64,000 nucleotides of DNA from Candidatus Aenigmatarchaeota archaeon (GCA_041489155.1 JBGPQP010000004.1:1-64000), one strand, 5' to 3'. Positions 46,770 through 57,283 are shown, numbered from the stretch's first letter. The notes: generated from the sequence alone by a model not told the origin. Made by a program: numbers and translations.

Positions 46770-47816
46770 TTATCCGAAGCCTTTTAAAATAGTTTTCAGT
46801 TCGGATATGAGGCTGTCATCGCCCGGGTCCCTGCCACGCAGGAGGCCGAGGTAGACAGTGGTGAAGTCGAGGACGTACAATGTGGACAGCATCCTTGAAA
46901 GCCCGTAGGGGTAGATGGACCACACCTCTGTGACGGACCTGGCCGATTTCTTCAGCAGGCCCTTTGTGAATTCTATGCGCTTCCTCATCTTCCCGCTTTC
47001 CTGGTTGTCTCTTATTATGACGACGGAGAAATTCTTGCCCATGGCAGCGTCGTCCCAGCCGAGGATAGAATTGTGGTTGAGCTCCGGGAAGATCTCGCAG
47101 AACGAAGGCGTCTTCGAGTTCTCGTTGAACTGCGTCCTGGCGCGGTAGACGACGGGCTCGTAAACACCGAAGCCCTGGATGACGGGGATTGAACCGAAAA
47201 GCTTGAAGGCTATCCTTTTCGCGGGATTGTCCTTCATGGGATTCGAGACCTTTATTTCCTCCCTCGTCTCTTTCAAATTCTTCACTACCAGCTCCAGGTT
47301 CTGCTTGCCGATGAATCTGATTTTTTCGAGTATGATTATTACAGGGAAAAGCAGGTAGCCAAGGGCGAATCTGGGCTTGATGCCATCGACCTTCGGTATC
47401 TTGACGCAAAGGAGCGAGCGCTTCACGCACTCCTTCTCGAGCTCCCCTCCGGACGTCACGGCGATTAACTGGCATTCTCTTTTGGCAGCTTCCTTCAGGA
47501 CGCTTAGCGTTTCCTCCGTGTTGCCCGAATAGCTTACGGCAAAAACGAGGTCTTTCCCTCCCACATATCTGGGCAGGTCGTACCCCTTTATCACCCTTAT
47601 CTCATTGTCCGGGAAAATGCCAGCAATTATGTCACCCACGATGCCGGAGGCTCCCATGCCGCAAACGAAAACCCTCTCGGGCTTTTTTATCCCATTGACG
47701 ACGAATTTCCTTCCAACGGCGATGGCTTCCTCGCACTGCTCCGGGAATTTTTCAACAATATTCACTACTTTGGACAAATCGAGTTTTTCGATTTCCTTCG
47801 GCTCGTCAAGAATCAT
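46770..47816 (-). CDS. Bifunctional phosphoglucose/phosphomannose isomerase (SIS domains)
   Basis: CGMGASGI, SYSGNTEET, TSGG, QFNENSK and PELNHN motifs. Confidence 0.9.
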   Translation of the reverse strand: MILDEPKEIEKLDLSKVVNIVEKFPEQCEEAIAVGRKFVVNGIKKPERVFVCGMGASGIVGDIIAGIFPDNEIRVIKGYDLPRYVGGKDLVFAVSYSGNTEETLSVLKEAAKRECQLIAVTSGGELEKECVKRSLLCVKIPKVDGIKPRFALGYLLFPVIIILEKIRFIGKQNLELVVKNLKETREEIKVSNPMKDNPAKRIAFKLFGSIPVIQGFGVYEPVVYRARTQFNENSKTPSFCEIFPELNHNSILGWDDAAMGKNFSVVIIRDNQESGKMRKRIEFTKGLLKKSARSVTEVWSIYPYGLSRMLSTLYVLDFTTVYLGLLRGRDPGDDSLISELKTILKGFG

Positions 47817-49162
47817 TTCTTCTCCCCGTGCTTCCTGCTCTTTATCTCGTCGAAGCCCGTGTATTTCTTCAGGGCCTTAGGGATTTTTACGCTCCCGTCC
47901 TTCTGCTGGAAGTTTTCCAGGATAGCCGTCATTGCCCTCTGTGTCGCTATCGCCGTCGAGTTAAGCGAGTGGACGGCTTCTGTCTCCCCGTTTTTCTTTG
48001 CAAACTTTATGCCCAGCTTCCTTGGCTGGTAATCCGTGCAGTTGGAGCAGGAAACCATCTCCCTGAACATGCCCTGCGCCGGCATCCATGCCTCGAGGTC
48101 GTATTTTATGGCGGCGTTGTCGTTCATTTCGCCTGAGCAGATTGACATTATCCTGTACGGGATCTCGAGCTTCTGGAAAAGCTTTTCAGCGTTGTCTATC
48201 AGCCTCTCGAACCATTGCTGCGAATCCTCCGGCTTGCAGAACACGAACTGCTCGACCTTGTCGAACTGGTGGACGCGAAATATCCCTTTCGTGTCCTTGC
48301 CGTGCGCTCCCGCCTCGCGGCGGAAGTTCGTGGAGAAACCAACATACGCCTTCGGCAGGTCCTTCTCACGGAAGGTCTCGCCCATATGGTACGCGGCGAG
48401 CGTCTGCTCCGCGGTGGCGATGAGAAAAAGATCCTCACCGTCGACCTTGTAGAGCTGGGTTTCGAAATCCGCCAGCTCGGCAGCACCTGATATCGCCGCC
48501 TTCTGCAGCATGAACGGCGTCCACATCGGCGTGAAGCCTTGTTTTATCAGGAAATCGAAAGCGAAGCATATGAGCGCAAGGTTAAGCGTGACCATCTCAT
48601 TCTTGAGATAATAGAATCTCGCCCCGACGAGCCTCGACGCCCTTTCCATGTCCGCAAGGTCGAGGCTTTCGGCAAGCTCTACCTGGCTTCTGGGCTGGAA
48701 GTGGAGGTTCTCGAATTGCATCGTCCCCCTCGAATCGCGCCTGAAGTTTTCCATGTCCTTCAGCACAACGAGAGGCTTGCCCCACGCGCGAATGAACTTG
48801 TTCTCGTGCTCGCCCCTCCCGACATTGACTGACGCATGAAGGATGTTGCCTATCTTGTACCTGTACAAATCCCTCTCGGCAAGGTGCTTTTCGGCCTTTT
48901 TGTCGCTCTCGGCGATTTCCTCGTTTATCTGCTTCATCTCGTGTATCTTCGCCTTGGCCTCCTTGTCTCCCTTCTTTAGCTCGGCTATTTCCCTAGAGAT
49001 TACGTTTCTCTTGTGTTTCAGGGACTCGACGTGTTTTAAAACGTCTCTCCATTTGTTATCGTGCTCTATCACCTTTTCTATCGCTGCCGTATCCTTGAAC
49101 CTTTTCTTCTCGGATTCGCGGATAACGTCGGGCTTTTCCCTGAAAAGCTTTATGTCGAGCAT
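47813..49162 (-). CDS. serS: Seryl-tRNA synthetase (bacterial/eukaryotic type)
   Basis: MLDIK, LIATAE, FRREAG, RVHQFDKVE, SCSNCTDYQ and LNST motifs. Confidence 0.96.
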   Translation of the reverse strand: MLDIKLFREKPDVIRESEKKRFKDTAAIEKVIEHDNKWRDVLKHVESLKHKRNVISREIAELKKGDKEAKAKIHEMKQINEEIAESDKKAEKHLAERDLYRYKIGNILHASVNVGRGEHENKFIRAWGKPLVVLKDMENFRRDSRGTMQFENLHFQPRSQVELAESLDLADMERASRLVGARFYYLKNEMVTLNLALICFAFDFLIKQGFTPMWTPFMLQKAAISGAAELADFETQLYKVDGEDLFLIATAEQTLAAYHMGETFREKDLPKAYVGFSTNFRREAGAHGKDTKGIFRVHQFDKVEQFVFCKPEDSQQWFERLIDNAEKLFQKLEIPYRIMSICSGEMNDNAAIKYDLEAWMPAQGMFREMVSCSNCTDYQPRKLGIKFAKKNGETEAVHSLNSTAIATQRAMTAILENFQQKDGSVKIPKALKKYTGFDEIKSRKHGEKK

Positions 49163-49168
49163 GCACCA

Positions 49169-49705
49169 TCACTCCTCTTTGTCATAATTAATCACCGTGA
49201 AGACATCATAACCTTTTAGTTTCTCCCTGCCATTCAGGAAGCCGAGCTCTATGAGCATGGTTATGCCCACTATTTTCCCGCCGAGCTTCTCTATGAGCTT
49301 GGTGGCTGCCTGCATGGTCCCGCCGGTCGCGAGAAGGTCGTCGACTATAAGGACATTCTCTCCGTTATCTACGGCGTCCTCGTGCATCTCGAACGCGTCT
49401 TTCGAATATTCCGTGGCGAATTCCTCGCGTATCTTCCTCCAGGGCAGCTTGCCCGGCTTGCGCAGCGGGATGAAGCCCGCGCCAAGTTCATACGCTATCG
49501 CCGAGCCGAAGATGAAGCCGCGGCTCTCAGCCGAAACGACCTTGTCTATCCTCTTGTCCCTGAAGTGCTTGAGCATCTCTTGGATCGCGTAATGGAACGC
49601 CTCGTGGTCCTGAAGCAGGGTCGTTATGTCCTTAAACATCACGCCTTTCTTCGGAAAATCAGGCACGGTGCGTATCTTCGCCCTGAGGTCAATCGCCTTC
49701 TTCAT
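49169..49705 (-). CDS. apt: Adenine phosphoribosyltransferase
   Basis: PDFPKKGVMFKDITTL, ESRGF, RKPGKLP and VDDLLATGGT motifs. Confidence 0.95.
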   Translation of the reverse strand: MKKAIDLRAKIRTVPDFPKKGVMFKDITTLLQDHEAFHYAIQEMLKHFRDKRIDKVVSAESRGFIFGSAIAYELGAGFIPLRKPGKLPWRKIREEFATEYSKDAFEMHEDAVDNGENVLIVDDLLATGGTMQAATKLIEKLGGKIVGITMLIELGFLNGREKLKGYDVFTVINYDKEE

Positions 49706-49772
49706 GATATCATATTGGCGCGTCTGCTTAAAAATTTCTGCTGCGTCCTGCGCTTGGCGGTTAAGGCGGGCT

Positions 49773-50540
49773 TCACACGCTCTCGCTCTTTTCGAAGAAA
49801 TACGCTCCAAGGAAGATCATGACCGCGGAGAAACCCAGCAAAACAGCGAGATCGGTCATAATGCCGAACGCAGAGAAGCCGATCAGAGAAGCGCGCATGC
49901 CGTCGATGCCGTATGTCAGCGGGTCTATGAATGATATCACTTTTATGAAAGCGGGCAGGTTGTCAAGAGGGAACAGCGCACCTGACAGGAAGAACAGCGG
50001 GAAAATCACGAAGTTCATTATCAGGTTGAAGCCCTGCATGTCGCGCATCTTCGAGGCGAAGACCAGGCCCAGGCCTATGAATGTCGTCGCTATCAGCAGC
50101 ATGAACACGACTGCTGTAAGGAATGCAAGAATGCCGGGCACCCTGAAGCCTATTACCATGGATATCAGGAGAATCAAAACGCCCTGGATAAGAGCGGTGG
50201 TCGCGCCGCCCGCTATCCTGCCCAGCACGATGGAAACCCTGTTGACCGGCGCAATCATTATTTCCTTGAGGAAGCCGAACTCCCTGTCCCATAAAACCGA
50301 GATGCCTGCGAACATCGAGGTGAAGAGCATGCCCATGCCGACTATGCCGGGCACGAGGAAGCTTATGTAGCTCACTCCCCCGCTAAGTCCGGGAATTGCC
50401 ATGCCCGAGAAGCCCATGCCCATGAACGACAGGAACAGCAGCGGCATCGCGAGCATGCCTATTATCCTGGATTTAGCCCTTACAAATCTCTTCATTTCCC
50501 TGAGCCACAAAACATAAATCGCGTTAGGGTTTACCAACAT
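49773..50540 (-). CDS. ABC-2 type exporter permease
   Basis: FLVPGI, DREFGFLKEI, FLSGALFP and PLTYGIDG motifs. Confidence 0.92.
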   Translation of the reverse strand: MLVNPNAIYVLWLREMKRFVRAKSRIIGMLAMPLLFLSFMGMGFSGMAIPGLSGGVSYISFLVPGIVGMGMLFTSMFAGISVLWDREFGFLKEIMIAPVNRVSIVLGRIAGGATTALIQGVLILLISMVIGFRVPGILAFLTAVVFMLLIATTFIGLGLVFASKMRDMQGFNLIMNFVIFPLFFLSGALFPLDNLPAFIKVISFIDPLTYGIDGMRASLIGFSAFGIMTDLAVLLGFSAVMIFLGAYFFEKSESV

Positions 50541-50556
50541 AATATCAATCCCCGAA

Positions 50557-51564
50557 TCACATGCCACGCCCGGCTCTCCTTCTCATCATCTCCCTGCCGA
50601 ACTCGCCCTGGGATGATTCGTGCTCCCTGATGGTCTTGCCCGTGAAGTGCAGGAATACGTCTTCGAGGCTCGGCCTGTGCAGGTCGACCGAGCGGATGTT
50701 TACGCCCATTTTCGGTGCGTTGCAGACAAGCTCCGGAATTCTTTTCTCACCATGGTCCATGGTGAGGCAAAGTTCGCCGTCATGCATTTTCGCGTTCTTT
50801 ATCCACTTGAGCGCCTTCACATATTTCATGTATTTTTCCATGTTGCCCTCGATTTCCAAGCACACTACGTCGCCTCCAAGAACGTCTTTAAGTTTTTTCG
50901 GCGTGTCGAGTGCGACGATCTTGCCCCGGTCGATTATCGCTATCCTGTCACAAAGGTAATCCGCTTCCTCCATGTAATGTGTTGTGAGTATGATGGTGAC
51001 ATGCGCTTCCTTGTTCAGCTTTTTTATGTATTCCCAGATGTGCCTTCTCGTCTGGGCATCGAGGCCGAGCGTCGGCTCGTCGAGGAAAAGGACCTTCGGC
51101 CTGTGTATCAAGCCACGCGCGATTTCCAGGCGGCGCTTCATGCCGCCGGAATATTTCTCCACAAGCATGTTCGCCTTGTCCGTGAGTTCAACAAGCGCCA
51201 AGACCTCATCTATCATCTTCCTTCGCTCGTCAGTCGCCATGCCGTACATCATGCCGTGGAACTCGAGGTTCTCCCTGCCGGTCAATTTGTTGTCAAGCGC
51301 CGGGTCCTGGAAGACAATGCCTATGCTATTCCTGACATCGTTGGTGCTTTTCGTGACGTCAAAGCCGGCGACCTCGGCATAGCCCGACGTCGTCCTAAGA
51401 AGCGTTGAGAGGATGTTTATAGTCGTGGTCTTTCCGGCTCCGTTAGGTCCCAGCAGGCCGAAAAGCTCGCCGTTCTCGACAGCGAAGGATATGCCGTCGA
51501 CTGCCGTGAAACCGTTGAACTTCTTTACCAGGTTATCTACTTTTATTGCCGGCATAGGCATCAC
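50557..51564 (-). CDS. ABC exporter ATP-binding protein (DrrA-like)
   Basis: GPNGAGKT, YSGGM, LDEPT, THYMEEAD and PSLEDVF motifs. Confidence 0.95.
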   Translation of the reverse strand: MMPMPAIKVDNLVKKFNGFTAVDGISFAVENGELFGLLGPNGAGKTTTINILSTLLRTTSGYAEVAGFDVTKSTNDVRNSIGIVFQDPALDNKLTGRENLEFHGMMYGMATDERRKMIDEVLALVELTDKANMLVEKYSGGMKRRLEIARGLIHRPKVLFLDEPTLGLDAQTRRHIWEYIKKLNKEAHVTIILTTHYMEEADYLCDRIAIIDRGKIVALDTPKKLKDVLGGDVVCLEIEGNMEKYMKYVKALKWIKNAKMHDGELCLTMDHGEKRIPELVCNAPKMGVNIRSVDLHRPSLEDVFLHFTGKTIREHESSQGEFGREMMRRRAGRGM

Positions 51565-51632
51565 TTAGCATGTTAAAGAAAATTAAATGCCTTAACAGGT
51601 TTAAATAGGTTTTATACTTCTAAAGAAAGGCA

Positions 51633-52112
51633 TCATACGCTCCCGAAGAGCGAGTATATCAAATCCCCTGCAAAGTGAGCCGCTATTATCACGAGAACAG
51701 CGACCATGAGATGCTCAGTGATGACGCCCCACCTTTTTTTGCTGCCGCCTGCAATCTTGAAGTTCAGGCCGGTCAAAAGGGAAATGCCCCACAGTATGCT
51801 TACCCACATTGCAACATCCAGCTCAAACAGCAAAACAGGAACTACGAAAGTTGAAGCCACGAAGAGCTTGGACAGGAATGTGTAAAGAGTCGATTCCCAT
51901 ATCTCCCTTGACGAATGCGTGTTTTCCGACTCTTCGGAAATGTGGATGCCGAGCGCATCGGAAAAAGCGTCGGCTATCGCTATGGTAAGTATGCCGCCGA
52001 GCACAGCGAGTTGCGAATGCGTCCCCGAATTCAGCCCGATCATAAGGCCAAGGGTGGTGATTATGCCGGAGGTCGTGCCGAAACTGAAGCCGACTTTTTT
52101 GGAGTGCTTCAT
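51633..52112 (-). CDS. VIT1/CCC1-like membrane protein
   Basis: FGTTSGIIT and AIADAFSDALG.H.SEE motifs. Confidence 0.75.
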   Translation of the reverse strand: MKHSKKVGFSFGTTSGIITTLGLMIGLNSGTHSQLAVLGGILTIAIADAFSDALGIHISEESENTHSSREIWESTLYTFLSKLFVASTFVVPVLLFELDVAMWVSILWGISLLTGLNFKIAGGSKKRWGVITEHLMVAVLVIIAAHFAGDLIYSLFGSV

Positions 52113-52230
52113 GAACAAAAAGTTAGTCTGCCGTGCTTAAAAAGCTTTTTTCGGGAGGGAAAAAGAAAAAGATGGCGCAATTTCCCGGGATTGCTGCGCC
52201 CACTAATTATGAATTTGTTTTTTCAACAGC

Positions 52231-52317
52231 TCAGACCTCTTCTTCCTCGCTCTCTTCCACTTCAGTGTCTTCATCATCTTCTTCCACTAGCTTCTTCTTG
52301 GCCTTTTTCTTGTCCAT
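52231..52317 (-). CDS. 28-aa basic/acidic microprotein MDKKKAKKKLVEEDDEDTEVEESEEEEV (below the ORF-track cutoff)
   Basis: GGAGG RBS 8 nt upstream, BRE/TATA-like GAAAGCTTTATA near 52428-52439, hairpin plus T-tract downstream. Confidence 0.6.
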   Translation of the reverse strand: MDKKKAKKKLVEEDDEDTEVEESEEEEV

Positions 52318-52550
52318 CGTCCCATCCTCCTTCTTTCTTAAAAGTCGCTCCAGTTATTGTCCTCTTTGCCCCCTGTTCTGTTCTACGGTGGTTCGCCCTT
52401 TGATGATTTCAATATACAGAACCAGAATATAAAGCTTTCCTTTCGCTGCCACAGGAAAGTTAATATAAAGCTTTTGCGCAAATATAGAATTTAACCCGTA
52501 TCGTTTTTTGCGCGCCAGCATTTTTATGGAGCCTCTCCCAATAGAAAATC

Positions 52551-53366
52551 ATGAAAATATTTCTCGGCCCTGCCGGAATACCTGTCACGGCGAAGGGCTC
52601 GTCTACCATCGACGGCATTAAGAGGGTCGCTGAGCTCGGGCTCAATGCAATGGAAATCGAGTTCGTTCGCGGAGTGCATATGGGCATTCCACTGGCGAAG
52701 CAGGCGGGAAAGGTAGCGAAGGATGAGGGCATTCTGCTCTCGATACACGCGCCCTATTACATCAACCTGTGCAACCCGGAAAAAGCCGACGCTTCGAAAA
52801 AACGCATACTCGACTCATGCGAGCGCGCGCACCATCTCGGCGCATGGGTCGTCGTCTTCCATCCGGGCTATTACGGCAACGCGAAAGAGAGGGCTTTCAA
52901 TCTCGTCCTCGAAGCCTGCCATGAGATGAACGACAGGATAAAGGCGAGCGGATGGGACGTGAAACTCGGCCTCGAGACGACAGGGAAGGTGTCGCAATTC
53001 GGCACGCTCGACGAGAACATCGCGATTCATCACAAAATAAAAAATTGCATCCCCGCCGTCGACTTCTCGCACATCTTCGCCAGGAACGCCGGCAAAATCG
53101 ACTTCGCCGAAGTGCTGGAAAAAATGGAGGCGCTCGGCCTCGCGTACCATCACTGCCATTTCTCAGGCATCGAGTACACGCCCAAAGGCGAGAGGCACCA
53201 TCTTACCATCGACAGCAGGAAACCCGACTTCAGCCTCCTGGCCAAAAGCCTCGTGAAAAGCAGGCTGAAGGTGATAACCGTAATTTCGGAAAGCCCGGTG
53301 CTGGAGCAGGACTCTCTCAGGATGAGAAATATACTGGAAGGAGCGGGATATCCATGGAAAAGGTGA
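52551..53366 (+). CDS. nfo: Endonuclease IV-like TIM barrel (AP endonuclease 2 family)
   Basis: HAPYYINL, FHPG, ETTGK, DFSH, HFSG, HH and ISESP motifs. Confidence 0.9.
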   Translation: MKIFLGPAGIPVTAKGSSTIDGIKRVAELGLNAMEIEFVRGVHMGIPLAKQAGKVAKDEGILLSIHAPYYINLCNPEKADASKKRILDSCERAHHLGAWVVVFHPGYYGNAKERAFNLVLEACHEMNDRIKASGWDVKLGLETTGKVSQFGTLDENIAIHHKIKNCIPAVDFSHIFARNAGKIDFAEVLEKMEALGLAYHHCHFSGIEYTPKGERHHLTIDSRKPDFSLLAKSLVKSRLKVITVISESPVLEQDSLRMRNILEGAGYPWKR

Positions 53367-53788
53367 TTCGCATTTACACGGACGGAGCCTCGCGCGGCAA
53401 CCCGGGACCGGGCGCGATAGCATACATAATAACGGACGAAAGCGGCAACGTGCTCAGGCAGAGCGCGAAATTCATAGGTGCCTGCACCAACAACATCGCC
53501 GAGTACAGCGCCCTTATCTTGGCGCTGGAAGATGCGATGAAGCTTGGAAGCGAAGCCTTTTGCTTCTCTGACAGCGAGCTCGTGGTGAGCCAGCTGCAGG
53601 GGAAATACAAGGTAAAGAAAGGCCACATAAAGGAGCTTTTCGAAAGGGTGAAAACGATAGAAAAGAACTTCAGTAAAATCGAATACAACAGCGTCCGCAG
53701 AACAGATGCGATGATACGGAAGGCCGACGATATGGTGAACGCAGTTCTGGACAATGTTGAAAAACTGCAGGCAATAAAGAGAAAATAA
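53354..53788 (+). CDS. rnhA: Ribonuclease HI
   Basis: YTDGASRGNPG, TNNIAEY, DSELVV and AD motifs; start at ATG 53354. Confidence 0.92.
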   Translation: MEKVIRIYTDGASRGNPGPGAIAYIITDESGNVLRQSAKFIGACTNNIAEYSALILALEDAMKLGSEAFCFSDSELVVSQLQGKYKVKKGHIKELFERVKTIEKNFSKIEYNSVRRTDAMIRKADDMVNAVLDNVEKLQAIKRK

Positions 53789-53798
53789 TTTCTAAAAT

Positions 53799-54482
53799 TT
53801 ACTTCTCCACCAGCATTGCGTCATCGATTATGTAGAAGCCTCTTGCGCCGTCCCATTCCTTGTGCGCCCGCAGGATGCGGATTTTCTTTTTCATAATCGG
53901 CGCATCCAGCACGAAGGATTCGTATTCGCCGCCCTCGCCACCGATGTGTATGCCGTGCTTCTTCTGCAGTTTTTCAAGGTCTTCGACGGTTTCGTGATTT
54001 ATCTTTCTGCCAAGCCATTTTGGATCGAGGCCCTCGGCTGCGACGGCGGTTATTATGACAACGAAGCCGGAAACTATCATTTCCTCGAGGTAGTCTTTCA
54101 TGCCGCGGTTCCAGTGCGGTGAAATCGACTTGAAGCCGAGCTCCCTGCACACGTTGTCTATCCTCGTCCTCTGATATCTGCTCGCAAGGGCGCCTGAAAC
54201 CACGCCGTCTATCTCGTTTTTAAGCGATGCAAGAACATCCCTGAGATCTTCCATTTCCCTGCCCTCCTCGCCTGACGTCTCCTTGATTATCAGCGGGATG
54301 CCCATCGCCTCGGAATGCAGTTTCGTCCATTCTATGTTGGGATGATGGAACATATAAGAGTCCCTGTTCTTGGGATCGAGGGTCACCAAGAATTTGACGT
54401 GCAAACCCATGTTCATGGCTTTGTATATGGCGAAGGTCGAATCCTTCGCGCCCGAAAAAAGCACTGCCACGTTTTTCGGCAT
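53799..54482 (-). CDS. Diphthine-ammonia ligase (Dph6) family ATP pyrophosphatase
   Basis: FSGAKDS PP-loop variant, SYMFH, WLGR and GEGGEYES motifs. Confidence 0.9.
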   Translation of the reverse strand: MPKNVAVLFSGAKDSTFAIYKAMNMGLHVKFLVTLDPKNRDSYMFHHPNIEWTKLHSEAMGIPLIIKETSGEEGREMEDLRDVLASLKNEIDGVVSGALASRYQRTRIDNVCRELGFKSISPHWNRGMKDYLEEMIVSGFVVIITAVAAEGLDPKWLGRKINHETVEDLEKLQKKHGIHIGGEGGEYESFVLDAPIMKKKIRILRAHKEWDGARGFYIIDDAMLVEK

Positions 54483-54577
54483 AATTATCCCGGTCCCTCT
54501 TTAATCATTCTGGTAAAGATAGTATTAAACTTTTGGTTAAATAAAAACATTTTGCTTCTCAGGATGTTTTCATTGCA

Positions 54578-55339
54578 TCAGAAAAGATCCTTCAGCTCGC
54601 CGAGGAACGTTCCGTCAAGAAGGTAAATTTTCGATGTCTTCATTTTCGCGGACCTGAAAAGCGGGCTGAGGCCGTGATACCTGTCAATTTTTTCGACCGG
54701 CATGTTCATCGATATCCCTCCGGAGAGCCTGTTGAAAACAGGGACTACTATCAGCTCCGGGAGGTTCGCAGGCAGTTTCCTGTATTTCTTTTTCAGCTTC
54801 TCCCTGTCGAATTCCATGCGCATCCAGACAGGCTCGGTGTAACGATATCCAAGCGGGTCGCGGAATTCTATCTGCGGGTGCTCGTGGCCGATGAAGACGT
54901 ATTTTTTGCCGAGGAAGTCTGCCGGCGGCCAGGCATGGCCATGGGTGAAATAGCATTCCTTTGCGGAGAAGCCGATGCCTGGATGCAGGCGGATGTTTGC
55001 CGGGACGAATTCCTTCAGGCTCGCATCATGGTTTCCATGCACGACCTCTACGCTGATTTTGTTCCCCAGCGCATAAAGGAAATCAGGGATCTCGCGCAAC
55101 TCCTGCCTCGTAACGCCGGGAACCTTGTGTTTCACGTCGCCGAGTATGACCAGCCTTTTTGCCTTCGTGCGGCCGATGAGGGCCTCGATTTCCCTACGCA
55201 TGCCTTCCATGTGCGAAGGGATTTTTATGCCGGATTTGTAGAAGTCGAATTCGACCCCGAGATGCAGGTCGGCGATGACGAGCGTATCGCCTACCAAAAC
55301 CGCAGGATGGCTGGTGACGAATTTAGGCTCCATGGTCAT
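54578..55339 (-). CDS. Calcineurin-like metallophosphoesterase
   Basis: ADLHLG, GDVKH, GNHD, HGH and GHEHP motifs. Confidence 0.9.
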   Translation of the reverse strand: MTMEPKFVTSHPAVLVGDTLVIADLHLGVEFDFYKSGIKIPSHMEGMRREIEALIGRTKAKRLVILGDVKHKVPGVTRQELREIPDFLYALGNKISVEVVHGNHDASLKEFVPANIRLHPGIGFSAKECYFTHGHAWPPADFLGKKYVFIGHEHPQIEFRDPLGYRYTEPVWMRMEFDREKLKKKYRKLPANLPELIVVPVFNRLSGGISMNMPVEKIDRYHGLSPLFRSAKMKTSKIYLLDGTFLGELKDLF

Positions 55340-55383
55340 CTATTCGCGGTTGGTTTTTAAAATATGACTACAAAAATAAAGCG

Positions 55384-56313
55384 ATGTCCAGAGAAAAGGA
55401 ACTGAAGGAAGAGGTCGAAGCCGCGAGGAAAAAACTCCGCGAGGAAATAAAAGCGAAGGAAAGGGAGGCGGACGAGAGGCTCGACGCGCTGCTTTCGCCA
55501 AAGAAAATGGAATTCTGCCCGCGCTGCGGCAGGAAGATAAATTCACGTTCTGAATGGGGAGGCCGCTGTCTCCACGACGGCTGCGAGGCAATGGTTTGCA
55601 TCGAATGCTGGGCATCCGAGGAAAAGCGCTTCTGCGGCAAACACTCTGGCGATTTCGTCAGAAAGGAAGAGCCCACCGAAGATGAGGTGAAAAGCCTCAC
55701 GCTGAATTACATGGAATTCATAGAGCAGCGCATGAAAAAACACGGCCTCGACTGGACGCCGGAAGGCTTCATCAGAAAAAGCAAAACCGGAACCAGGAAG
55801 AAAAAATACAGGGATTTCGAGATGATGGTTTATGAAAAGCATCTTTTCTCGAAAAGGCCGAGACTCGGCATCATAGTCAAGCCTGTTTCCCCTTCGGCGG
55901 AAGCGGATGCGAATGACATCATAGAAAGCACGGGGGAAGGGATGCATGCAGTTATAGTTTTCGTTGGCAGCGCCAGTTCCGTGACAACCAAGCTGAGAAA
56001 ATTCGCCGAGGAATTTTCCAACAAAAAGGTTTCGCTTTTCATGGCTGACATGGAAAACGGGGATGTGCATTTCAACCGGAAGGAAAAAATAACAGAGAAA
56101 TATTCTTACTGGTTCGACCCGACAAAAACGCCGCTGAAATTCGCTGACATCCTGAAAGCCTTTTCCGAAAGCGTTGCCGGCAGGAGAATAGTTTCCGTGA
56201 AGGACTTCGCCGGCGGCATGGGTCTCGGAAAAGACGAGGCTGCAAGCATTCTCAGGAAGAGCGGCCTGCTGGAAGAGGTGAAGGGCGCTGATTCTTACAT
56301 ATTGAAGGAATGA
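55384..56313 (+). CDS. Hypothetical protein with N-terminal coiled coil and zinc finger
   Basis: CPRC...C...C...CIEC...FCGKH. Confidence 0.75.
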   Translation: MSREKELKEEVEAARKKLREEIKAKEREADERLDALLSPKKMEFCPRCGRKINSRSEWGGRCLHDGCEAMVCIECWASEEKRFCGKHSGDFVRKEEPTEDEVKSLTLNYMEFIEQRMKKHGLDWTPEGFIRKSKTGTRKKKYRDFEMMVYEKHLFSKRPRLGIIVKPVSPSAEADANDIIESTGEGMHAVIVFVGSASSVTTKLRKFAEEFSNKKVSLFMADMENGDVHFNRKEKITEKYSYWFDPTKTPLKFADILKAFSESVAGRRIVSVKDFAGGMGLGKDEAASILRKSGLLEEVKGADSYILKE

Positions 56314-56372
56314 GGCCGGCGGAAGAAACTTATAAATTAGGAATTGCTCTAATATGGATATAACCCGGGTCA

Positions 56373-56492
<120 letters not shown>

Positions 56493-56514
56493 TTCATGCT
56501 CAGGAGGTCTTTAC

Positions 56515-57213
56515 ATGCAGCAGGGAGATTTCGTTGAAATCGAGTATGTAGGGAAGGTAAAGCTTACAGGGGAAATATTCGACCTCACTTCGGAGGATAC
56601 CGCAAAAAAGGAGAAGATATACAATCCGAACGCCCCATACGGGCCTGCGCTTGTGGTGATGGGCTCGAACATGGTGATAAACGGCGTGATGCGCGAGCTG
56701 GAGAAAATGGAGGTCGGCGAAGAAAGGCAGTTCGAGGTTTCGCCGCAGGACGGCTTCGGAACGCGCGATCCTCGGTTGATAAAAATTATCCCCATGTCAA
56801 AATTCATAGAGAACAAAATCAACCCAGTCCCTGGCACTTATTTTGACATCGACGGCATCCAGGCAAAGGTGCAGAGCATCTCAGGCGGCAGGGTGCGCGT
56901 GGATTTCAACAACCCGCTCGCCGGCAAGGCCCTGAATTACAGCGTTAAAATAACAAGAAAAATCGACGGCGCCAAGGAAAGGATAGAAGCCCTTCTGAAA
57001 TATTATAGGGTGGATTTCTCTCACGTAGTGGTCGGCGAAAGGGAAGTTGATATCAAGGCGAAGAACGCCATCAACCCTCTTGCAAAAAAAATCGTCAGCG
57101 ACATGGTCACGAAGTGGGTAAAGGGTATGGAGAAGGTCGAATTCAAAGAGGAAATTGGAAATAAAAAAGCAGACAGCGACGAAGCGGAAAATTCTGGAAA
57201 TAAAAAAGTTTAA
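56515..57213 (+). CDS. Long-type FKBP peptidyl-prolyl isomerase (SlyD-like)
   Basis: GDFVEIEY, GEIFD, GFG.RD and GRVRVDFNNPLAGK motifs. Confidence 0.92.
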   Translation: MQQGDFVEIEYVGKVKLTGEIFDLTSEDTAKKEKIYNPNAPYGPALVVMGSNMVINGVMRELEKMEVGEERQFEVSPQDGFGTRDPRLIKIIPMSKFIENKINPVPGTYFDIDGIQAKVQSISGGRVRVDFNNPLAGKALNYSVKITRKIDGAKERIEALLKYYRVDFSHVVVGEREVDIKAKNAINPLAKKIVSDMVTKWVKGMEKVEFKEEIGNKKADSDEAENSGNKKV

Positions 57214-57283
57214 ATAACTTATATACATAACTTCTTTATAATTGCAGCAAGTTATGTTTCGCAATTTGTAAAGGAGGGATATT

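Noticed and set aside
52330..52400. Faint resemblance of the microprotein leader (AGGGCGAACC...GGGGCAAAG) to a c-di-GMP-I riboswitch
   Set aside because: The paired stems and GNRA tetraloop/receptor cannot be built; an Infernal search would be needed.
52952..53353. Long N-terminal extensions in the ORF track for RNase HI (and likewise apt, spt5 and dCMP deaminase)
   Set aside because: The extensions overlap neighbouring genes or promoters; downstream ATGs match the family N-termini.
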